From NCBI GenBank assembly GCA_964016885.1, contig OZ024744.1, positions 100,688,001 to 100,752,000 on the forward strand: a DNA stretch of 64,000 nt, given 5' to 3'. Positions 1-12,339 of the stretch are shown one piece after another. Both the position numbers and the translations under genes were made by a program. Position 1 is the first letter of the stretch. Each line of letters starts with the position of its first letter. The notes beneath the pieces are model-generated. The model was given only the letters and a program-made list of their open reading frames with translations. It had not been told where the DNA came from and searched no databases. The stretch is from Eledone cirrhosa (lineage: Eukaryota).

Positions 1-195
1 GTGTAGGTAACACGGTAAAAACATCCCAGCCCCACACTGTAAACGTGGTTGGTGTTAGGAAGGGCATCCAGCCATAGAAAACCCACCAGACAGTCCTATA
101 CAAGCAAGACAACCAATCTTGCCTCAAGTGGGAAAATTCCCGTCCAAACCCATGCAAGCGTGGAAGATGGACGTTAAACGATGATGATGATGATG
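1..195 (+). mobile_element. RTE LINE 3' UTR end with (GAT)n tail
   Basis: Nearly identical to 53180-53363, the 3' end of the long RTE copy. Confidence 0.85.
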
Positions 196-203
196 TATAT
201 ATA

Positions 204-535
204 TCATCATCATTTTACGTCTGCTTTTTCCCTGCTTGCAAGGGGGGGACGGGAACTGATTCTGGCTGATTTCTACAGCTGGATGCCCTTCCTAACACCA
301 ACCTCATTTACAGTGAGTGCTGGGTGCTTTTTTTGCCATGGCACCTCCACGACCACTTTGCAGTGGAATGATAGGGACCCCAGTCCTATCATCTCATTTC
401 TACAGCTGAGTAAACTGGAGCAATGTGAAATAAAATGTCTTGCTCAAGGAAACAACACATCACCCGGTCTGAGAATTGAACTCACAACCTTTCGATTGCA
501 AGGCCAATGCTCTAACCGCTAAACCATGTGCCTCC
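204..535 (-). mobile_element. tRNA-derived SINE family B (RTE-type tail)
   Basis: Reverse complement of the 10772-11106 and 54858-55200 copies. Confidence 0.85.
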
Positions 536-829
<294 letters not shown>

Positions 830-830
<1 letters not shown>

Positions 831-1975
831 TCATCATCATCATCATCAAGGTTTAGCGTTCGTGTTCCACGCTTGCATGGGTTTGGACGGGGGTTTTCCC
901 ACTTGAGGCAAGAGTGGTTGTCTTGCTCGCATAGGACTGTCTGGCGGGTTTTCTACAGCTGGATGCCCTTCCTAACACCAAGCACATTTACAGTGTGGGG
1001 CTGGGAGGTTTTTACCGTGTTGCCTACATGGCCACATTACAGCGTGGACTGTCTGGCGGGTTTTCTACAGCTGGATGCCCTTCCTAACACCAACCACATT
1101 TACAGTGTGGGGCTGGGAGGTTTTTACCGTGTTGCCTACACGGCCACATTTACAGCGTGGACTGTGAGTTTTTTTTTGTCGTGACACCTACACGATCTCA
1201 TTTGTTTCGGCCTGGATGTTGTGGCACCAACATAACTTTACATTGAAAGGGGCGGTGTGGATGGGGTGGGGGTGGTGGGACGGGGGTGTGTTTTGATAGA
1301 GATGCCTACTGACTGTAGTAGGTTTTACTTTGTATTTAGGTAAGGCGGGTCTTCTTTATTACTGAGTACCGCCAAAGGTCTCGGTCCAGTGACATTGTCT
1401 TGGAGAGGTGTAAGCGTGTGAGGTCGGAATTTATCATGTCATCCCAGGTTTTTCTGGGTCTGCCTACTCCGTGGCTACTGTCTATCTTTATTGCCCTGCA
1501 CTTTGTTATACAACTGTCGTCTTTCATGCACATCACGTGACCATACCAACGTAGCCTTCTTTCGAATAAACAACATCTGATCCCTCTTATTTCTAATTTT
1601 TTCCTTAGTTCGTTTATGCTTAGCCGTTCACGTATATTACTATTGCACATCCAGCGGAGCATGCAAGCTTCGTTCCTCTCTAGTCTGCGTATATCCTCTG
1701 CACACAATGCCCAGGTCTCACTGCCATGCAACATTGCTGTTCGTATGCAGGCATCGTATAACCTGCCTTTCATTTTTAGGGAGAACCCTTTAGCGGCTAA
1801 TAGTGGTATAAGCTCTCTGAACTTTTTCCATCCAGTTCTGACTCTAGCTACTGTACTTTCAGAGCACCCTCCCCCACTGCTGATTTTGTCACCCAGGTAA
1901 CGGAAGCTGTCCACTATTTCTATAGAACCCTCTGCGCAATTGAAAGAGCTAGTATTTTGTGGGCACTTGCACATG
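830..1975 (-). mobile_element. 5'-truncated RTE LINE (RT C-terminus, 3' UTR with internal duplication, GAT tail)
   Basis: ORF 1336-2028 reads FRYLGDKIS...LHGSETW...RRLRWYGHV...GRPRKTW; same subfamily as 52370-53363. Confidence 0.92.
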
Positions 1976-2035
1976 TAAATATATACATATTTATACATAT
2001 ATATATACATATTTATACATACACACACATATATA

Positions 2036-2090
<55 letters not shown>

Positions 2091-2192
2091 CAAGTTATCA
2101 ATAATGTAGTGATAATATATCGTCACGTTAGAGATGAACAGCGTACGTGTAGGTTTGCTCAACGAGTATAAATTATATTCCGGAGAAAATGT

Positions 2193-2522
2193 AGAAAAGA
2201 TGAATATAAAATGAAAGTGCTTTTTTTAAAAAGGAATTTATTAGGTATTGACATATGTTTCTGTAACAGACGGAATACCTATGTATCGCTGCTTGCGTAA
2301 TCATATAATGTTAGCAAGTATTCGATAGCAAATGTATAATATTTTTTCCAATTTATCCAATATCTCTGAAGAAGTGACAACTGATTATACATTTGCTATC
2401 GAATACTTGCTAACATTATATGATTACGCAAGCAGCGATACATAGGTATTCCGTCTGTTACAGAAACATGTCAATACCTAATAAATTCCTTTTTAAAAAA
2501 AGCACTTTCATTTTATATTCAT

Positions 2523-2529
<7 letters not shown>
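2193..2529. repeat. Long inverted repeat (~146-bp arms, 43-bp spacer)
   Basis: 2193-2340 is the near-perfect reverse complement of 2384-2529. Confidence 0.93.
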
Positions 2530-2593
<64 letters not shown>

Positions 2594-2598
<5 letters not shown>

Positions 2599-2709
2599 AA
2601 AAAGTATGACCCCGACGGCAGAGCTCAAGCCGTTTCGACGGCTATTTCTGGACTGAAATAGCCGTCGAAACGGCTTGAGCTCTGCCGTCGTGGTCATAAT
2701 TTTTCCTAT
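2594..2709. repeat. GC-rich near-perfect hairpin (~55-bp arms, 6-nt loop TGGACT)
   Basis: ATAGGAAAAAGTATGACC..CGACGGCAGAGCTCAAGCCGTTTCGACGGCTATTTC followed by its reverse complement. Confidence 0.95.
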
Positions 2710-3689
2710 TTCTCACTCTACTACCCTAAGTATTGAGTACTCTGGTGCATTATGGTCCATCTGATTCCTTACCACATTTCCTTTGTTACATATATATATA
2801 TACATAGATATACACACATATATATATATATGTATATATATTAATATATATTGTATATATATTAAACCTTACATTCTCTTTCTCTTAATTCTGTCGTATT
2901 TTCATAACAAAACAAATCACTCTTATATATTCTTTTAAATATATTTTGTTAAACTTGCTAAGTTTTACGCAAAACTTCGAGTGCTTATTTAAACTCTTAA
3001 CCTCTCTGCTCCTTCCCATCTTCTACCCCCCACCCATACATCATGCTGGTTCCTGCCCCCCCCCCCCCCCCCCTCTATACATATAAGATAAACCCTACCA
3101 AAATTAATCAAAATCGCCAACTCGCTATTCTGGTATGGCTGTTTCCTCGGTATAAAGTAACGTTCAAATATTTTTCTCAATTCTTCTCTCCATTCTAATC
3201 CATTAGTCATTCATTCATTCACCATTCTATATCATATTTTCACCATTCTATATCATATTTTTTCTCTAAAATCATATTTTCTCTAAAATCATATTTTCTC
3301 TATCATCGAATTTTCTCTATCGTATTTTCTTAAACAAAACAAATCTTGTATTTTCGTTTATTGTTAAATTATGCCCCAAATACGGGGATCTTATCTTAAA
3401 CCTTACATTTCTCATATATATATATATATATACACACACACATATATATATGCACATATATACATAGATATATACACATATATATCTGTATATATGTATA
3501 TATATATATACATATATATATATACATATATATATATATACATATATATACATATATATAGACATATATATACATATATATATATACATATATATACATA
3601 TATATATATACACACATATATATATATATACACATATATATATACATATATATATATATACATATACATATATATACATATATATATAC

Positions 3690-3741
<52 letters not shown>

Positions 3742-3796
3742 GTATATATATATAAGTATATATATATTTATATATATATATGTGTATATATATATG

Positions 3797-3827
<31 letters not shown>

Positions 3828-3960
3828 GTATATGTATATATATATGTATATACATATATATATGTATATATATATGTATATATATATATATGTGTATATA
3901 TATATATGTATATATATATATGTATATATATATATATGTATATATATGTCTATATATATG

Positions 3961-3991
<31 letters not shown>

Positions 3992-4060
3992 GTATATATA
4001 TATACATATATACAGATATATATGTGTATATATCTATGTATATATGTGCATATATATATA

Positions 4061-4100
<40 letters not shown>

Positions 4101-4105
<5 letters not shown>

Positions 4106-4808
4106 AAAATATGGGGATAAGAATACTGCATGGTTGCACATGGATTACATGTTATAAAATGAGTCCCTCATCAGTGATTTACCAACGATCATTGGTATTT
4201 CATCGCATTAAAAATCATATACCTCACGTTGGTGCGACAATAACTAAAATAAGTTATTAGGACAATTGTAACGCGTAAAGCGAGTGAGACAAGTAAACAA
4301 CACAGGGGAAAGCTAACCGAAGATAGAAAGACACACAAGCAACTTGGTTATTCTGTCAGTATAAGCTGGGTGAATACATGTGCGAGTAAGAAACAGACCT
4401 TCCGCTAGTGAATCCGATGTAAGAAAGAAGGAAAATCAGGTTCGTAGCGGACGGGGGGAAGTGAGAAGGGGAGAAACAGAGAGTGAGTGAGTGGAAGTGC
4501 GAGGAAGAGGTCAGTAGAGAGAAAGTGTTAACTGACATGACAGAGGGGACGAAAGAAAGTAAGAGAAACAGAGAGAACGAGGGAGCAGTAAGAGAGAAAG
4601 AGAGAAACACAGAATGGCAGTTTAGGTAAATATATGTGAAAAATATGAGGAGAAGAATACTGCATGGTTGCACATGGATTACATGTTATAAAATGAGTCC
4701 CTCATCAGTGATTTGCCAACGATCATTGGTATTTCATCGCATTAAAAATCATATACCTCACGTTGGTGTGACAATAACTAAAATAAGTTATTAGGACAAT
4801 TGTAACGC

Positions 4809-4810
<2 letters not shown>
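4101..4810. mobile_element. Direct-repeat-bounded non-coding element in (TA)n (probable non-autonomous Penelope/TRIM-like)
   Basis: 4101-4277 is repeated at ~4634-4810; (TA)n lies on both sides. Confidence 0.6.
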
Positions 4811-4857
<47 letters not shown>

Positions 4858-4860
<3 letters not shown>

Positions 4861-5808
4861 GTAGAACACTGGAAGGTAATATCCGTAGTGGTCGAGCACT
4901 CAGTCCATGGAACGAGTTAGGTAGAAGTGGTTACACAACAGTTAGTTCACTATACCAAGAACAATTGTTTCATCTTAGCGGATCCTCAGCTCGTAATGGG
5001 CATGGTTATACGGAATAGGAAGTACAACCGTACGAATGCGCATGTGCAGAAACCCGTCACTACACACAGGCAATACTAAAATGCGTGCGAGAGGTGTAAG
5101 GGAGATAACTGCGAAAGTCTGAAAAGTTTTTAGTTGATAAGAAAAAATATTGATGTTGTTACAATAATTCATTCAATCCAGAGCCTTGTAGTTATGCAAT
5201 AGGTGTTTCGAGACGTGTGGACAACGTGTGAAAAATTCATTCCTCGTGTTTAGGCAATCACTATTGCATAATCTCTATAGAATATTTATTCGTTCGTCAA
5301 TACACAGTCCACACAACAGATTTCCCCTTGCGTATGGCTTGGACTTAGTGATGGCTTTCCATTGAATGGAGTAGTTTATACTTGAGTCCTTGAGGGACCA
5401 TATGTGGCTCGCGAGTTTCATGGATGAACGTCTGTCTGGGTATCTGAAGGTAGACTGGTGGTTCTGGAAACGTTCTTTAAATCGGCCCTCCTCTATGCCC
5501 ACATAGGATTTGACCTCCTGTGGTTGGTTTGGTCGGTTGGAAGTGACCACTGCTTCATAAATTACAGCTGCTGTGTTGCATTGCTGTTGAAGGAGGCAAG
5601 CTTCAGGCTTACGGCAAGAGCACCCTGGTGGGGTGTTGCTCCTAGGGCTGCTGGGGATGTGGGCCTTCATGTTCTTAGCACAGGAGTATCCTAGTTTTAC
5701 TTTGTGTTGGTTAAAGATGGAGCGGTATTTATGACCTATGGGAAAGTGTCTATCTAAGAGGGCTAGAAATGTTTTGCCTACATTGGTTTTAACATTGAGT
5801 GAGAAGGT
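4858..5808 (-). mobile_element. Penelope-like element 3' fragment (Naiad/Neptune-type GIY-YIG endonuclease, one in-frame TAG)
   Basis: Minus frame ~5808-5175: FSLNVKTNVGKTFL..RHFP..IFN..YSC..CSCR..C..C..VIYEA..SYVG..FKERFQNH..LASHIW.LK..CGLC..E(*)..LNTRNEFFTRCPH. The 3' UTR runs into (TA)n. Confidence 0.88.
4956..4993 (-). ncRNA. Minimal type I hammerhead ribozyme in Penelope 3' UTR
   Basis: Minus strand CGAG-CUGAGGA-UCCGCUAAGAU-GAAAC-AAUU-GUU^CUUG. Core CUGANGA/GAAA, palindromic stem III, stem I CGAG/CUUG; stem II is weak. Confidence 0.7.
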
Positions 5809-6105
5809 AGGAGAGAACCAGATAGTTTGTCTATTGTTGCGCTTTCTTTTCTTATTGCTGTTGTTGATAGTGGGAAAGTAAGTGATAGGTTGTGAGAAGC
5901 CCTAGGAGCAACACCCCCACCATGGTGCTCTTCCCATAAGCAATTTTCATTTTTATTGTTTATATATATATATGTTTCTATGTCTTTTTTTTCTTTTTTT
6001 ATATAAATAATAAAAATCTTTACATGCACAAAACCCACATCGTACCGTCCTGTGCTGTCTGTAATGTTGTTCTTGATGTCAGCCCTTGTGGCCAATAAAG
6101 AAATC

Positions 6106-8290
6106 ATTATTATTATTATTACAGTTGCATTTATCTTGCTTTATGTCAATACGAGTTATCACCAAGTCCCAACCAGTGACCTCAAGAGACAACAAGGTCT
6201 GCCATGTTCAAGAAAGAACATACATACACACATGCATCTTTAGGTGTTTAGGCTTGTGATGTACTTATATTGACAGAATCTTCCTTAGTATATGGGCAGT
6301 TCCCATTAGTACTATCTATTGTATTTCTCCTATACGCGGGTTTCCTGGGATTTGCGATAAGTAATCATTAGACCCCTTAGGTATCATTCCTAGAGCGCCT
6401 ACAACCACTGGTATCGTTTTAGTTCTCAATTTCCACATTTTTCCAATTTCTATCTCCAGGTCCTTATACTTGCTCAATTTTTCAAATGTTTTTATAGATA
6501 CATTCTTGTCTATTGGAACGGACATATCAATTAGCAGGCATACCCTCTTTTTAAAGTCCTTCAGTATTATATCAGGTCTATTTGCATCTATTTTGGGGTC
6601 TGTTTGGATGCTAAAGTTCCACAAGATTGAGATGTGATCTTTTTCAAGTATGGGAGGTCGTTGATGCTACCACCAATTCTTTTGATGGGGCAGGTCAAAA
6701 TGCTTACACATTATCCAATGTATGTATTGTGCAGCTCTGTCGTGCCTGTTTAGGTATTCGGTTGGAGCTATAGGACTGCACATTGAAATTATATGATCAA
6801 TGGTCTCTGGTTGTTTTTTACATACACGGCATAATGGGTTGCATCCATTTTTTTATTATGTTGTCTTGGTAATTTTTTGTTGGCAGACACTGATCTTGTG
6901 CTGATATAATCAGTCCTTCAGTCTCCGATTTCAGTCCAGAGGATGCCAACCACTGGTTAAAGTTTTGTCAACATCAGGATTGTTAGCTCTTTCTGGGTAT
7001 TTTCCATACAGAGGCTTTTCTTGCCATTTCTTAGCCAGTTTCTGTAGCAGTTCTTTCTTTGCAGTTACTTTTACCTGCTTTGCTTTTTCTGTATTTTCCA
7101 TTTCAGCAGTAAATGGGACTTCTGAAATTTGTAGTCCATTACTGTATCTTTGTGCATCTTTTGTAATGGAATATGATCTTTTGATGCTTTCGTGTTTCAA
7201 AACAAGTTTGATCATCCAATCATGTGATTCCCTTAGATATGCAGATAATCCAATTGTTTCAGTTTTCAACGCAATATCTAACTGGATTAACCCACGTCCT
7301 CCTTCTTTCCTAGGGAGATATATTCTATCTGTATCTGCCTTAGGGTGATGCATTTTGTGCATGGTTAAGAATCTTCTAATTTTTGTATCGAGCCTACGGA
7401 TCTCTGTGCCTGACCAGTTGATGACATTGTAACTGTAAGTTACTACTGGTATGGCAAGCGTGTTTATGGCATCGATCCTATTTTTTGCATTCAATTCCGT
7501 TCTTAAGATTGCTCTTACTCCACGGTAACATTCCTTCCTTATCCTTTCCCTCATTGTTGAGGGCTTGATTCCATCTCCTTTACAAACACCTAGATATTTG
7601 TAAGTTTCCTCTTGATCAAGTTCTCTTATCACATTCCCTCGATCAAGATTAATGTCTGAACTTTTCAGCAGCTTTCCTCTGGTGAACGTTGCTTTGGCGC
7701 ATTTATCTAGTCCAAACTCCATTTTAATGTCATCACTGAACTGCTCCACAGTGGATAATAGCCCTTGCAATTGTTCATCATTTTTTGCAAATAGTTTCAG
7801 GTCATCCATGTAGAACAAGTGATTAATGGTTTTGTTATAGACTTTATATCCATGTTTTGTTTCATTGAGCATTTTACTTAATGGTATAAGTGTGATGCAG
7901 AATAAAAGCGGTGATAAAGAGTCACCCTGAAAAATTCCACAATTAATATTAACTTCTCCAGCTTCCAGTGATTTTGTTTCACTATTCAAAAGGAGTGTCG
8001 TTTTCCATGTCTTCATACTGAATGACAAAAACCTCCTGACAACGGGAGATATTTTGAAAATCTCTAAACATTTTTCAATCGAACTGTGTGGCAAACTACC
8101 GAATGCTTTTTTGTAATCTATCCAAGCAATTGATAGATTTTTGTGTCTATTATGACAATCTTCCAGTATCATTTTGTTAACCAAAAGCTGATCTTTACAG
8201 CCATATGAGCCTCGTTTACACCCTTTCTGCTCATTGGGAATTAGGTCATTTGTTATCAGGTGGTCATATGTGTATTCAGTTAGGACTGAA
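6106..8290 (-). mobile_element. 5'-truncated R4/Dong-clade non-LTR retrotransposon (RT, CCHC, RLE), frameshifted
   Basis: EQKGC..GCKDQLL..WIDYKKAF..GIFQGDSLSPLLFC..YMDDLK, then CRVCKKQPETIDHIISMC and RPDI..IDMSVP..K.SKY.DL..PVVVGALG. Both ends lie in TAA repeats. Confidence 0.92.
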
Positions 8291-8315
8291 TTATTATTAT
8301 TATTATTATTGTGAG

Positions 8316-8490
8316 TTGGCAGTATCGGTAGAGGGTCGGACGCCATGCTTTCCAGCATAGTTACGTCCCTTTACGGTCTGAGTTCAAATCCCGCTGAGGT
8401 TAACTTTGCCTTTCATCCTTACGGGGTCGATAAAATAAAGTACCAGTAATGTACTGGGTAATTGCTAGCCTTGTGCCTAAAGTAGAAACA

Positions 8491-8534
<44 letters not shown>

Positions 8535-9240
8535 CACCATCATCATCATCATCATTATCATCATCATCATCATCAGCAGCGGGGCGGTGGATTGGCAGTA
8601 TCAGTAGAGTATTGGAAACCATGCTTTGCAGCATTGAGTTATGGCCCTATATGTTCTGAGTTCAAATCCTGCCATGGTTAACTTTGCCTTTCATCCTTAC
8701 AGGGTCGATAAAATAAAGTACCAGTAATGCACTGAAGTCGATTAATCAACTTTCCCCTCCTCAAAAATTGCTGGCCCTGTGCCTAAAATAGAAACAATTA
8801 TTATTATTATTATCAGCCGGGCGATGGATTGGCAATATCAGTAGAGCGTCGCAAACCATAATTTGCAGCATAGAGTTACGGCCCCATACGATCTAAGTTC
8901 AAATCCCACCAGGTTAGTTTTGCCTTTCATCCTTACGGGGTCGATAAAATAAAGTACCAGTAATGTACTGAGGTCGACTTAATTGAATTTCCCCTCCCTA
9001 AAATTGCTGGTCTTGTGCCTATAATAGAAATCATTATTATTTGGCAGTATCGGTAGAGGGTCGGACGCCATGCTTTCCAGCATAGTTACGTCCCTTTACG
9101 ATCTGAGTTCAAATCCCGCCAAGGTTGACTTTGCCTTTCATCCTTACGGGGTCGATAAAATAAAGTACCAGTAATGCACTGGGTAATTGCTGGCCTTGTG
9201 CCTAAAGTAGAAACAATTATTATTATTATTATCACTATTA
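8316..9240 (+). mobile_element. Four tandem copies of tRNA-derived SINE family A (MetaSINE-like core) separated by (ATT)n
   Basis: A-box-like TGGCAGTATCGG, B-box GAGTTCAAATC, core GCCTTTCATCCTTACGGGGTCGATAAAATAAAGTACCAG, (ATT)n tail. Copies start at ~8316, 8582, 8818 and 9042. Confidence 0.88.
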
Positions 9241-9667
9241 TATTTATTGTGCATCATTACTGCTTTACCAAGCACAGCTCTATGTGCATTGGGTATCAGC
9301 AGTGTAGTTCTTGCTGATGTTGTTTCTATTGTATTGATAGTACCTTTTTTAATATGTGACGTGCCTAGTAGTGCTATCTTTTGTATGCTGTATATATTTG
9401 TAAGTCCTGGGATTTTGGCAATGTATTTGTCTGTGTTATTTTAATCATTCCTAGAGCACCTATTAATACAGGTATTGTTTCAGTTTTCATTTTCCACATC
9501 CGAGTTACTTTTATCTCTAGATCTTTATATCTAGAGAGTTTCTCCATTTCCTTGGAAGATATGTTGTCATCTGTGGGGATTGATACATCTATTAGAAGGC
9601 ATTTCTGACTTTGTGGTCTTTGACTATAATATCTGGTCAGTTGACTTTGATCTCTCTGTCTGTATGT
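9240..9667 (-). mobile_element. Second degenerate R4/Dong 3' fragment (RLE region)
   Basis: Minus-strand translation includes LIDVSIPTDDNISSKEMEKLSRYKDLEI..MWKMKTETIPVLIGALG. Confidence 0.8.
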
Positions 9668-10529
9668 TTTGGCATATCCCAGAGAATGGTTGCTTTGTCA
9701 CTCTGACACTTTTTCTAGTAGCATCTTTTTTCTTCATCATCAACATACCCATCTAATCTCTTTTACTTTACTCCCTTCCCTTTCCTTCTCATTACCCTGT
9801 TTACATCTGAAGTCTCCCCACCCCACACTATTGTATTTAATTTTGTCTCCATTAATCTTGATTACTAAGATATAAACCTGTGTTGGAGACTTCCTGGAAA
9901 CTCTATGACACTATTTGTTCCAATGTAGAAACCACCAGTCTGTGTGAGAGAGGACATCTTGAAGCCGATCCTTAAAAAACTACCAAGACTGGAGATACAA
10001 TATATTGTCTAAGATCTACCAACTATAAACAAGATGGCGTCTACATGGCATCTACAAAAAGGGTCTACCAACTATACACAGGATCTTTCACTACATGGAC
10101 TCGACAAAAAGATCTACCAACTATAAACAAGATGGCGTCTACATGGCATCTACAAAAAGGTCTACCAACTATACACAGGATCTTTCACTACATGGACTCG
10201 ACAAAAAGATCTACCAACTATACACAGGATCTTTCACTACATGGAGGCTACAAAAAGATTCAACAAGAAGCACTTTTAGCTGCTTTATAGCTGCCTTTGT
10301 TTTTCACTTTTTTTTAATCTAATGCTTCTTTTGCCTTCTGTTGTGTGTGTGTGTGTGTGTCCCCCCCCTCCACCTCCATTTTTTTTTTTAAATTCCTCTG
10401 TCCATTTTGTTTTTGTTTCTAAGCTGTAAGATGTACTAACTACCTACCCTTGTCTGTCATTGCTTATTAGCTCTATATGGACATTTAAATTGATTAAATA
10501 AATAAATGATTAAACCTTATATATTTTAG

Positions 10530-10741
10530 GGAAACAAGTGGGTATGTCGTGTGGTTATCCTGTACAAATAGTTATTTCAAAAGAAGGCCATCAGTTCACA
10601 TTAGATGAAAAGGCTTTGGAGAAGATACTTCTTCGACCAGATATTCAAGATAAGAAAGTGGTAGTTTTGTCAGTAACTGGAGCCTTTCGCAAGGGAAAGT
10701 CTTTCTTGTTGGATTTTTTCCTGCGCTATCAAATTCGTAAG
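10530..10741 (+). CDS. ATL: Atlastin exon 1 (first visible exon; ATG at 10544; G1/P-loop)
   Basis: TTTTAG acceptor ends at 10529 and GTAAGT donor starts at 10742. Encodes [10 protein letters not shown]...[24 protein letters not shown], the atlastin GAFRKGKS P-loop. Confidence 0.95.
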
Positions 10742-10771
10742 GTAAGTTTAAATTTAACTATTGTTGTTGAT

Positions 10772-11106
10772 GGAGGCACATGGCCTAGTGGTTAGAGCAT
10801 TGGCCTTGTAATCGAAAGGTTGTGAGTTCAATTCTCAGACCAGGTGATGCGTTGCTTCCTTGAGCAAGACACTTTATTTCACATTGCTCCAGTTTACTCA
10901 GCTGTAGAAATGAGATGATAGAGACTGGGGTCCATATCATTCCATTGCAAAGTGGTTGTGGAGGTGCCACGGCTAAAAAAGCACCCAGCACTCACTGTAA
11001 ATGAGGTTGGTGTTAGGAAGGGCATCCAGCTGTAGAAATCAAGCCAAAATCAGTTCCCGCCCCACCCTTGCAAGCAGGGAAAAGCGGACGTAAGATGAAA
11101 TGAAAT
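10772..11106 (+). mobile_element. SINE family B, full length
   Basis: tRNA-like head GGAGGCACATGGCCTAGTGGTTAGAG..GAGTTCAATTC, core CCTTGAGCAAGACACTTTATTTCACATTGCTCCAG, RTE-like tail. Other copies at 14420-14742(-), 24546-24745(+, internal deletion) and 54858-55200(+). Confidence 0.88.
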
Positions 11107-12339
11107 GAATTATATATAATATTTCTTCTTCTTCTTCTTCTTCTTCTTCTTCTTCTTCTTCTTCTTCTTCGTGGTGGTGGTGGTGGTGGTGGTGGGCAGG
11201 TCTGCATAGACCAAGTCAATTACTGTAATGGTGGCTACTGTTCTTCCCAGATATGCCAGAGATCTGTTGTCTCACTTATGTACAGTCTCACATTCTACCA
11301 AGTGCACAAGAGAGGTTCTCATATCGTTGGCCAACTCAATGTCCTCCCGGCCCTCTGTTTGGCCAGCCTTCTATGGCTAGATGCTCTTCCTATCACCAAC
11401 CACTTTACAGTGTGTACTGAGGTGTTTATCATGTAGATCACCATCATTGGGGGAGGCTGTCATGTCTTTGACACAACTGAAGGGTCCTCCCAACCCTTTG
11501 TTGTATTAGATAATGCATTAAAGATTCATATGAATACTATTCCCAATGCAGATCTAAGAATGAGTCTGGTTTGCTCGTGGAAAAATTTACAAAAGTTGAA
11601 TTGTCATGTAGAAAATTAATAGAGTAGAACAAAATTATAAAATCTTTGATGAAATGATATGAACTAATAGACATTGGAAAAAACTTACTGATTAGGAAAA
11701 TAATTAATTTAGAGTAATTATATAAATATCATAATCAACATTATCATCATCATTGTCATCATTGTCATCATCGTCATCATTGTTATTACTATCATCATCA
11801 TTCAGTGTCTATTTTCCACGCTGACATGGGTTAGACAGATCATTAAAGACAAAGTGAAGACTTAATCAGTGCTATTGTCCTCTTAGACAAGCCAAGAGCC
11901 TAGAGTCTTACATCCGTTCTGGTTTTAGCATGTTCTCTACAGCTGGATGTCCTTCATATCATCAATCACTTTACAGAGTGTACTGGGTGTATTTTATCAT
12001 GTCAGCAACACTAAAGAGGTTGTCATGACCTTGACACAACTGGCTCATGTTTTTTTTGGGGGGGGGGGGAGGTGGCTTCTACAGCTAGATGCCCTTCCTA
12101 TCAACAATGCCTTTAACAACTGGACTAGGTACCTTTTATCACATCACCAACACCAGAGAGGTCGTCATGTCTTCTGACGTTTTTTGTATACTTTTAACAG
12201 CTAGATGTCTTTCCTAACACCAACCCTTTTATAGAGTGTACTGGGTGCCTTTTATCATAAAACCATCCCTAGGGAGGTTGTTAGGACCCAGGCTAACTTA
12301 CTGGCCACATCCTTACAGATGACTTCCATCTTGATTAGT

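Noticed and set aside
10010-10250. ~116-bp tandem duplication as an upstream atlastin exon
   Set aside because: No convincing splice signals or homology; looks like a local duplication in repeat debris.
10772-10845. tRNA gene
   Set aside because: tRNA-like SINE head running into a SINE core; multicopy, and no complete cloverleaf or terminator is evident.
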